In this document: positions 1 to 8,300 of the stretch, one piece after another | Layout of the letters: each line of letters starts with the position of its first letter | Position numbering within the stretch: position 1 is the first letter of the stretch | IMG/VR virus record: IMGVR_UViG_3300040733_000021 | Coordinates: 1 to 41,648 of that record | Reading direction: 5' to 3' (one strand) | DNA: 41,648 nucleotides | From: a virus | Taxonomy: Duplodnaviria > Caudoviricetes | Notes under the pieces: generated by a model | Told to the model about the DNA's origin: nothing | Seen by the model: the letters and a program-made list of their open reading frames with translations, nothing else | Databases searched by the model: none | Made by a program: the position numbers and the translations under genes

Positions 1-47
1 TTCTCAAAAAACACCTAAAAACCGTGTCAAGCAGTTTTTTGCTGAAT

Positions 48-114
48 AGTTACCTCCGGTGTTACCTTATTGTTACCTTAAGCGGCTGGCTGGCTGGCGG
101 GATTCTAGGTAACA
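48..114. promoter_or_regulatory. Putative integrase arm-type binding sites (left att arm)
   Basis: GTTACCT at 49, 61 and 72 (11-12 bp phasing), plus an inverted copy AGGTAACA at 107-114 next to the int RBS. The same motif recurs at the right prophage end. Confidence 0.6.
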
Positions 115-126
115 AAAGGGGGCGCT

Positions 127-1299
127 ATGCCGGAGAAAATCAGGCTTACTCAGAAACGAGTTGCAGACCTTCAACCGGTGTCTGGTAAGCAATTCGATGT
201 CTGGGACTCTGAGCAACCCCGCTTCGGTGTCCGCGTCTCCCCTGGCGGGCAAAAGGCCTTCTTCGTTATGCGCCGCGTCAAGGGGAAGCTGGTACGCGCC
301 ACCGTGGGAATCTTCCCGGAGATGAACGTGGATACCGCCCGGAAGCTGGCCGCCGAGATGCTGGTTGCCATGACGGCAGGCGTCAACCCGAATATAGAAC
401 GGAAGCGAGAGCGGGCGCAACAGAAAGACAAGAGCCGTTCGCTTTTGACCGTGTTTGACTCGTACCTCTCGTGTGGTGGCAAGGAAGGTGACATAAAGGC
501 ATCGACTAAGGCTGCGTATCGTTCGGCCTTCAAACGGCTTGAAAAGTGGCAGGGGTTGAGGATTGACGATATCGACGCGGCGATGGTGAAACAGCATCAT
601 GCCTGCATTGTGAAGGAGTGCGGAGGGTATGCCGCCAATCATTCCATTGGACTGTTGCGGGCGCTGATGAAGTTCGCGCGGGTAAAGGACAACCCGACCG
701 AAGGAATGGCATGGGCCAAGGAAGCCCCCAGGCGGGAAGCGATGGACCCGGAAGCCATCCCCGGATTCCTGGCCGCCCTGGAGAAACTGAAAGGCGATAA
801 CGGCGCGGACCTGTTCCGGGTGCTGCTCTTTACCGGCATGAGGAAGTCCGAAGCAATGGGGCTGCGTTGGCTTGATATCGACCTTGAAAACAGGTCGCTA
901 CGCATCGAGGAGACCAAGAACGGCCTTCCGCTGCACATCCCCCTGTCCGGGCATCTGGCGGCGATCCTGGAGAAGCGTAAAGAGCGGATCAACTCGCCAT
1001 GGGTGTTCCCCAGCAACAGCCGGTCGGGGCATCTTACGAACGATCAACAGTTCTGCCGTGAGCTGGCCGCGCAGGGAGTGAGGGTGTACCCTCACCTGCT
1101 GCGGAAGACCTTCACCACCATCGCGTCATCGCTCATCCCCGGTGCCATGGTGGACTGCCTAACCGGCCATGTCCCTCAGGACGTGACCGGCAGGCACTAT
1201 ACCTTCCCCTCGGTGGGGCAGCTCCGGCCGCATACCGAGGCGGTAACGGCTGAGATTTTGAGGCTGGCGGGGCTTACTGAACTACCGTTCCGCCGGTGA
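127..1299 (+). CDS. int: Tyrosine integrase, P4-like, with N-terminal arm-DNA-binding domain
   Basis: N-terminal 'WDSEQPRFGVRVSPGGQKAF' arm domain; catalytic R (TGMRKSE), K (TKNG), HxxR (HLLRKT), GH and Y (RHY); RBS AAGGGGG. Confidence 0.95.
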   Translation: MPEKIRLTQKRVADLQPVSGKQFDVWDSEQPRFGVRVSPGGQKAFFVMRRVKGKLVRATVGIFPEMNVDTARKLAAEMLVAMTAGVNPNIERKRERAQQKDKSRSLLTVFDSYLSCGGKEGDIKASTKAAYRSAFKRLEKWQGLRIDDIDAAMVKQHHACIVKECGGYAANHSIGLLRALMKFARVKDNPTEGMAWAKEAPRREAMDPEAIPGFLAALEKLKGDNGADLFRVLLFTGMRKSEAMGLRWLDIDLENRSLRIEETKNGLPLHIPLSGHLAAILEKRKERINSPWVFPSNSRSGHLTNDQQFCRELAAQGVRVYPHLLRKTFTTIASSLIPGAMVDCLTGHVPQDVTGRHYTFPSVGQLRPHTEAVTAEILRLAGLTELPFRR

Positions 1300-1456
1300 C
1301 GTTGGAATCCTTGGCCAGCACTCCCACCGCACCCACGGCCGCCGCCATGGCATACCCTTTCCAGTCGGTGACGTTGCCCGTCTGCCCGAAGTAGGTTGCC
1401 GCAGCCGTCAGAGCTCCGCCAAAAATCCCCGCCAAGGTCGTTCTCCAGTTTCTCAT
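1274..1456 (-). CDS. Putative holin (60 aa, two hydrophobic segments)
   Basis: MRNWRTTLAGIFGG...AVGAVGVLAKD pattern of small phage holins; RBS AAAGGAGA before ATG 1456; downstream of the endolysin. Confidence 0.65.
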   Translation of the reverse strand: MRNWRTTLAGIFGGALTAAATYFGQTGNVTDWKGYAMAAAVGAVGVLAKDSNVTGGTVVQ

Positions 1457-1501
1457 GGCTTCTCCTTTTATTTGGTCGTTTCTATCTCGCGCCAATCCGT
1501 T

Positions 1502-1648
1502 TCACCTGGGCTCCTCCCGTCCGATGCGACACAATCCACCGTCAATACGGGTGCATTTTCGCCCGATGCTATGACAGTGAAAACAGATGTCAGACCCGGT
1601 TATATTAGACAGCCTCATCTCCGGACGCTCGGTCTGTTGTTCACTCAT
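1502..1648 (-). CDS. Small Cys-rich hypothetical protein (48 aa) in the lysis cassette
   Basis: ATGA overlap with the endolysin stop; contains CFHCH...C...C. Confidence 0.5.
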   Translation of the reverse strand: MSEQQTERPEMRLSNITGSDICFHCHSIGRKCTRIDGGLCRIGREEPR

Positions 1649-2067
1649 GGCGACCTCGAAAGCTGGAAGTGCATCCCGTCCGGCGTGTGCCATTTCCCGC
1701 CCCACTCCAGCCCAGCATCGGTGAAGCAGGCGACGAACTCCGGGGAGAGCTTAGGCTTATGGCCCATGCAATTTTCTTTCGCGTTCAGATCGATTGCCAC
1801 GCCCCAGGAATGCAGCGACATGTACGAACTTCCGCCACGCTTGCGCCTGACCGAAAAGCAGCCGTCCCAGGTATGGAGTTGATCCACCAGCCCACGCCCT
1901 ACCACGTTCCGAAACGCCCGTTCGAGCGGGGCCACCAAATCGCTGTTGCAATACACCTTCTTTGGGATCTTTCCTCGCACCAACTCAGGCGGGACAATCC
2001 AGATGGTCATATGACTTTCTTTTATCGGGTCGCCATACCGCCCCCAACACTCTTGCGATGTCAACAT
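1645..2067 (-). CDS. Endolysin, M15 family zinc peptidase
   Basis: SxHxxGxAxD motif (SLHSWGVAIDLN) and WGG.W...D.MHFQ; RBS GGAAAGGAG before ATG 2067. Confidence 0.9.
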   Translation of the reverse strand: MLTSQECWGRYGDPIKESHMTIWIVPPELVRGKIPKKVYCNSDLVAPLERAFRNVVGRGLVDQLHTWDGCFSVRRKRGGSSYMSLHSWGVAIDLNAKENCMGHKPKLSPEFVACFTDAGLEWGGKWHTPDGMHFQLSRSP

Positions 2068-2167
2068 GCGACACTTTCTCCTTTCCATTTATGAAGCCAA
2101 CGACGCCATGGCCTTAAACACAGGATTGTTACTATAGTTCGGGAAAATTCGTGAAGACTTGTAAATT

Positions 2168-4984
2168 CTAAAGATTACCCTCACTTACCCATGTGGCGGA
2201 GGTGAGGGACATCAGCGTCCACACCACCGTCCCATCTGTCACCGTGTCGCCGACCACTTTTCCGGTGATGTCGGGAGCTGCTGCGTCAGACGTGCCGGCG
2301 GTCGTGCATCGCCACACGGTCGTACCGGTCGTCCAGAGCGCCCAGGCGTTTTTTGCGTACGCGGTCAAATTGGCGCGGGTGGTGGAATAGCTGCCCCCCG
2401 CAGTTGTGCACGACCAGGCTTTAGGCTGGCCACTGGCAGGCGGTACGCGGATAGCACGGTCTCCGAGGTTCCACGCCCCCAGCGCAGGAGCAGCCGTGCC
2501 GGTCCATGCCGTTGAGCGCTGCCCACCGTTGTCGGGCCCGGACTGCGTGAACCCAACGCATTGCAGCAACGCCGCCCCATAGATCCCGGAAGCAGACCGG
2601 TCGATGTTGTCACCGATCAGCAGTTTGACGCAGTTTGACGATGATCCGTTAAACGCCAGGGAGTAGGTCATGTTCGAGAACGTGTTATGCCTCACCACAA
2701 CGGTTCCGTATGTGTCGATATAGGCCCGGTTGCCGCCTGATATGTTGTTGCCGGTCATGATCACATCACCGGACGACGCGCCCATACCGATTGACAACGG
2801 GTATTTTGCCGCTGTGTTGGTTGAGACGAACGCATCTTTGATAGACAAGGAATCAATCACGGTATTCGTGGAGGCAATGTTCAACCCTTTTCCCGCGTCG
2901 GAATAGTACCGTCCGCTCAGAATCTGAGCCGTGCCGATGCTCAGGGTGTTGGACGTTCCCCCTTGTATTGCCAGCGCGGGGATGTCTGTTCCCTGCACTG
3001 ACACGTTGTTATCGGACATGATCAGTTGATTGATGGTAAGCGCATTGCCGGTGGTATTGACCGATGCAATATAAATCCCTTCCTGCGTGGTGGTCTGGAT
3101 ATAGTTGTTACTGACGACAAGCGCCTGAACGGTGATATCGCCTGACACGTCGTTGTGGATATAGATGCCGCGCTTGCCAGTGACAGGAAAGATGCGGTTA
3201 TTGCGCACATCAATGTACGCTGAACTATGCCCCACGCCTATCTCAAGGGAGACCTTGTCGTTGGCCCCGTTCGGGGTTTTGGTGTAGATGGTGTTGCCGT
3301 CTAACATCGCGTCAGCCGCGCCGATATAGGCCCCATTGCCGAAGGTGCACCCCAAAACTTTAAGGCCCTGACAGTTGGCGTGACTGTCGAATGACATCAC
3401 CACAGCGTTGGTGTCGATGACCGATGGATCATTGTCGCAGAACGCTCCGCGAATGATAGAGTCACGACATGGGAACGTGCCGCCGTGGGAGATCCCATGT
3501 CGCCCTGCGATGTAATGCCCCCCATTTACGCGGACGATGTGGGACGAACTGATTAGCAGACCGTAGTCTGTCCCCTGCGTGGAGACGAAATTACCCAAGT
3601 TGCCGCAATTATCCGCGACCGTGTTGTAGCACTGCTGTAGCGTAATCCCGGCGTAGTTACTGTACTCTGACCGCACGTTTTTGAGGGTGGAATGTCTGCA
3701 CCAGATCAACCGCAGGCCAAAATTATTTTTTGTGGCGACATCGGTAGATGAGCGCCGGAACGTCAGATTTTCCATCCTCACCGTTGGTGCGTTGATTTTG
3801 GTGACCGTGGTGTGGGCATCACCTGTATAACTGTCGTAGGTGGCATCCTGGAGGGTGATAACACCACCAGAGTTTGTTTTGACTGCGGCCATCTCCCCTT
3901 TGAGATATTCGGCCCTCACCGGCGACCACACCTCGTTGTCCGAGGAGATGACGAGCACATCCCCAGGATCGGCATCCAGCGCACAGGTCAATGTGGTCGC
4001 TCCCATCGCCACAGCCACCGTGGGCGATGCCGAGGCTCCGGCGGTCCCGGTGATGGTCAGTAACACGCAGTTACCGCTTATGGATGAGCCGTCGATGATC
4101 ACTTCGCCCTCGCCGATCAACTCGATAGTGCCGCCACTTTTAGCCAAGGACAGTGCCGAGGTAATGGAGTACGTGCCAGGTGAAAATCTTACAACCGATG
4201 CGCCGCTGTCAAGTGCCGCCTGGATTGCCGCCGTGTCGTCGTTGCTGCCGTCGGCCAGGGCGCCAAACATCTGGGGCCGCGCGACCTTCAGCCCTGACAG
4301 CGTGTAGCCTTGCCTATCTATCATCCCGCCCCTGACCCAGAGGATGTTGATGTTGTCCGGTACGGTCAGGTTGCTGGTCATGACGCACGGCTCATTGACG
4401 AGAAGCGTGCTCTGCGTGCTCCCCAGCGCCGCCACCGCCGCGTTGAGGCTGACATAGTTGCCCACCGGCGTTCCCAGGTTGAGCAGGTAGGGCGTGCCGC
4501 CCGGATCGTACATCGCCACGGCGCCGGTTGCGTCGAAGCCGTACACCTTCGAAGCCCTGGCGGGGACTGTCGGCAGTATCATGTTACCGGTTTCGGTTAT
4601 GGGGAGCCTGATGGTTCTGGAGTCATCCTCCGCCAGTTGCTGACTCATCATCACCATTTTGTCAAATGCCCGTTCGTGCGTGCTGGCGAAGAACGGCCCG
4701 TTATCCGGTAAAATGGTATCCTGAGTCAGTGGCACAACGCGGTAGATGGTCAGCGTTTCGCCGCTCTCCAGAGGAACGTCAAGAGTCATCGCGCCGCCGC
4801 TTTCGTTCCCGGCTCCGGTCAGGGAGTACCCCGCTCCAGAATACAGAGTGTTTACCACCCCAGCCGCGTCGGTCCGAACGGCGTTAATATCGGCATCTGC
4901 AAAGAATTTGAAATTAAACGTAAACGGGCCGGTTGAGCCGTTGCCGTAAAAAGTCGCCACGCTGTTTGTTGTCGGTACGCTCAC
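2168..4984 (-). CDS. Tailspike/tail fibre with beta-helix (depolymerase-like) domain
   Basis: T7-tail-type N-terminal anchor (GNGSTGPFTFNFKFF); 'FGALADGSNDDTAAIQAALD' pectate-lyase-3-like entry motif; Asn/Gly/Ile-rich beta-helix repeats; C-terminal WxCTTAG modules. Confidence 0.85.
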   Translation of the reverse strand: MSVPTTNSVATFYGNGSTGPFTFNFKFFADADINAVRTDAAGVVNTLYSGAGYSLTGAGNESGGAMTLDVPLESGETLTIYRVVPLTQDTILPDNGPFFASTHERAFDKMVMMSQQLAEDDSRTIRLPITETGNMILPTVPARASKVYGFDATGAVAMYDPGGTPYLLNLGTPVGNYVSLNAAVAALGSTQSTLLVNEPCVMTSNLTVPDNINILWVRGGMIDRQGYTLSGLKVARPQMFGALADGSNDDTAAIQAALDSGASVVRFSPGTYSITSALSLAKSGGTIELIGEGEVIIDGSSISGNCVLLTITGTAGASASPTVAVAMGATTLTCALDADPGDVLVISSDNEVWSPVRAEYLKGEMAAVKTNSGGVITLQDATYDSYTGDAHTTVTKINAPTVRMENLTFRRSSTDVATKNNFGLRLIWCRHSTLKNVRSEYSNYAGITLQQCYNTVADNCGNLGNFVSTQGTDYGLLISSSHIVRVNGGHYIAGRHGISHGGTFPCRDSIIRGAFCDNDPSVIDTNAVVMSFDSHANCQGLKVLGCTFGNGAYIGAADAMLDGNTIYTKTPNGANDKVSLEIGVGHSSAYIDVRNNRIFPVTGKRGIYIHNDVSGDITVQALVVSNNYIQTTTQEGIYIASVNTTGNALTINQLIMSDNNVSVQGTDIPALAIQGGTSNTLSIGTAQILSGRYYSDAGKGLNIASTNTVIDSLSIKDAFVSTNTAAKYPLSIGMGASSGDVIMTGNNISGGNRAYIDTYGTVVVRHNTFSNMTYSLAFNGSSSNCVKLLIGDNIDRSASGIYGAALLQCVGFTQSGPDNGGQRSTAWTGTAAPALGAWNLGDRAIRVPPASGQPKAWSCTTAGGSYSTTRANLTAYAKNAWALWTTGTTVWRCTTAGTSDAAAPDITGKVVGDTVTDGTVVWTLMSLTSATWVSEGNL

Positions 4985-5235
4985 TGTGTCCCCCCGTTCT
5001 TCATTCCCGCTACCATGGTGCTCCAGAATCCCCGCGTGGCCACGGCTATCAGCCCCCCCACCAACGCGGTCAGAATGAGCGCGCCCACCAGCGACGCCGC
5101 GCCGTTGAACGCCTTCAGCAGTTTTTTCAAGGTCGTTACCTCGTCGTTGGTAAGCCCGAGATTGCAGGCGGAATGAGTCTTGAACGCCTCGGCTATCGCT
5201 GCTATGTCGTCATCGGTCAGGGTTCTGTGGGGCAT
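4981..5235 (-). CDS. Small single-TM membrane protein (holin-like or exclusion protein)
   Basis: 84 aa with C-terminal hydrophobic helix LVGALILTALVGGLIAVA; RBS GGAAGGAG; stop overlaps the tailspike start (GTGA). Confidence 0.7.
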   Translation of the reverse strand: MPHRTLTDDDIAAIAEAFKTHSACNLGLTNDEVTTLKKLLKAFNGAASLVGALILTALVGGLIAVATRGFWSTMVAGMKNGGTQ

Positions 5236-5256
5236 GGCGTCTCCTTCCGATTCCGG

Positions 5257-5284
5257 AGCATATATCAGGGACATACGAGGTCAA
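5257..5284 (-). promoter_or_regulatory. Candidate sigma70 promoter TTGACC-N16-TATGCT
   Basis: Near-consensus hexamers in the gap upstream of 5235. Confidence 0.4.
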
Positions 5285-5304
5285 TACCGCGTGCAACGGA
5301 ATCA

Positions 5305-8300
5305 TTACCGGGACGCGGGGCCGTGGATCAGGCCCCGCGCCATGTCCACCGGTCCGCTCGGTTCATACCGCCCTTCGTTCATCCCGGCCAGATACCCCAG
5401 GGGACGCCCCAGGGGGCCAATGGGCATACCGGTAATCATACCCGCGCTGTTCAGCAGATCCTTGACCGCCTGCCGGTCGTTGATATCCTCGCCCCTGATA
5501 ATCTGAGCCGGGTACATGGCAAAGGTCCGCATCAGCGCCTCGCCCATGGATACCCAGGGGGCCGGGTTGATGCGGTCGTCGTAGCGCTGCTTGTTGGCGA
5601 AGTTCATCGCTGCCGTGGCCAGGGTGCCGCCGTAGGGCACAAAGGCGGCAGCGGTCTTGAGCTGGGAGAAAAACAATAGTTGCAGAGCTGTATCCATGGG
5701 CTCGTCATCGTCGTCGGGACCGCCCCGCGCCGCCATCATCAATGCCTCGGAAGCAATCGCGGCAGCAGCAAACCACCAGTACAGCCCCAACAGACGTGGC
5801 ATGGCCCCGGCAATTCCCTTTTCCCGTATTGCCCCCGCTGCCTGGCTTGCCATCAGGTTGCCCTGCATGTTGAAATAGCTGTAGAACTGGGTGAACGCCC
5901 GGACAAATGGAGAGCCGGTCTCCATGCGGGATAGGTCTTCGGGGTTGAACGTTCCCTGTGTCATGCGGACCGCGCTGTCTGCACGGCGTACCGCGTCCCG
6001 TTCGTTTTCCCCTTCGGCTATTGCCTGGTCATAGGCCCCGGCCCAGGTCACCACGTCTACCGTATGCTGGGTGATTTGCTGGAGCAGGTAGCCGTTCTTG
6101 ATGCTGAACTCCTTCATCTTGGCCCAGGCTCCGGGGTTGATCAGGATTTCATCGGCCTGCGCCTGCATATCAAACGCCGACTGCTTGATGGTCGTCGCCA
6201 TGAACGCGGAGCGCTCGGCCACCTCTTCGGAAATGGAGTGGGGACTTGATATGTAGCGCAGCAATGCGCCGGTCAGGTGTCGCGGCTTCACCTTGGTGGC
6301 GGAGAGCGCAAACCCCATGTACTGCTGAAGGGTGTTGGCCACATTGCCTACCATCATTTGCAGTCCAACGCGGGTCCTCAGCTCCCGGAAAAACACGTCA
6401 CCGGCCTTGCCCCCCAGACCAACGCCCGATGTGGCGACCTGCTGACGTGCGGTGCGTTGCAGCCAGGGCACAAGCAAGTCACTGATGGCCGCCGGGTTGT
6501 ACTGCTCCATGGTGGATCGGAAGCGTGGACCCATCACCAGACGCGCCACGTCTTTGATGCGTGGTTCCAGGTGGATGAAGCGCATGGTCTTGTCGATGTG
6601 GGAGGGGATCAGCCGCAAATCCATGACGAGCGGCTTGTTGTAGTTCACGCGGCTCTTGGTAAAGCCGCGCCCCGTGCCGGGGAACATGAACGAGTTGTTG
6701 GAACCGAGAAGTGATTCCTTTTCCTGCCGCGCGGCCTGGTCGCTGACAATCTCGCTATCGGCGATGGCCGGCGCATAACCCCCGCTGTACGTTCCCCAGG
6801 GGGTGTTGACGGGTTGTGCCGTGATCTCGGAGAAGTAGTACCCGTACATGTCATGGTGCGCCTGCTGCGCTTGGGGCTTGATCTCCTCGAACAGGTCCCA
6901 CACCGATTGAACAAAATCCATGTCAGCCTGGGTGATGATCTCTTCGCGGTACATGCGGGCGAGGAAAGTATCCCATTGCGTTGTGTCCAGGCCACCGTCC
7001 TCGGCGATAAAGCCCCATCCCCGCCCAACAAGCAGTTTGGTCAGGTTGCTCTCGTTGCCGGTATGCAGGAGCGCCCCCAGCAGCTCCCCCTTGCCCTTGA
7101 AGGTGTACCCATCTTCCCCCAGCTCACGGGCGTCGATGTTGGCGTGGCTCATGGTCGGCTCAATCGACTTGACCAGATCCAGGTATTTTTCCAGGAAGCC
7201 CCTCTTTGCCAGCCGGTACTGGTCGGCACCTTCAACGATGGGTTGCCAGATGTAGCGCCGGAACAGCCCGTGGGGATTGTTGCCGTCCAGGGCATCAATC
7301 CATGCCTCAACACGGGTGGCGGAGGCCTTGATACCGGTCAGCCCCCGGCTGAAACGGTCGTAGGCGGTCAGCGCCTGCGTGCGCCATTTCTCGTTTTTGG
7401 GAAGGCCCAGTTCTTCCAGCCGGGAAACAAGCTCTTCCTCTACCTCCTCGCGTGCCAGCTTCCTGCCGTCAATCTCGATTTGCTTGCTGCGCCGGGACAG
7501 GTTCCAGAGGTTCATGGCCGCGTCGTGAACGCCCATGAACTCGTCCATAGTGAGGAACTTCCAGCTTTTCGGCTCGCTCGTGGCTGCATCGACGGCGGCG
7601 CTCAGGTCGCTGTATGCGTCGGGATCGTAGCGGCGCAGATTCTCCAGATAGACCCCGGCGTCTTCCCCCTTCTTGCCGATGCCGAAGCGGGACAGTATCG
7701 CGCGCGCCGCGTTGACCATGTCCAGGTCGCGGTTTTTGGCCATCCTCGCGTCGGGCTTATCCATCTTGGCGAAGGCGACAAAGGCTGCCTCTACCTGCTC
7801 TTGCGCCTTGGTCGCTTCTCGGTACAGGTAGAAGTTGAGCAACTGCTTTCGCTTGGCTTCCGCCGCTGCCTGCCAATCTTTCTTGGCCACGGCGTCAAAG
7901 GCCTGCTTGCCTGCCTTGCGTTCTGCCGCTAGGTAGAGGTGGGCGTCAAGCTCGCCAACCTTCTTGAAGCCGATGATTTGCGCGGCTGCAAGCTGAAATG
8001 ATTCGCGGGAGGGGATGGATTCACTGATGGATTTGCGCCCCTGCCTCTCACCTTCTTTCGCAGCTTTCGCTGTGTCTTTCAGTCTCCTGATCTTCTCTTC
8101 AGACTCTCCGCGCTCGATTGCCAGCGCCAGGTTCTTTTCGGCCTCCATCCAGCGCCGTTCGTACTCGCGTTCCTTGCGATCCTGCTCCGACTTATTTCTG
8201 GCCTCATCTTTCGCAGCCTTGACGGCAGGAGCAGACAGTCGTTGCTGCCGCTTGATTGCCGCCAGTTCCGCCCGGATTACCTGTTCCCGGTTGTCGCCAT

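Noticed and set aside
1-60. att core direct repeat matching the right end
   Set aside because: Only short AT-rich or inverted partial similarities to 40200-40250; no convincing direct repeat inside the window.
2168-4984. Diversity-generating retroelement, as in BPP-1-like phages
   Set aside because: No reverse transcriptase or avd-like ORF, and no template/variable repeat pair seen.
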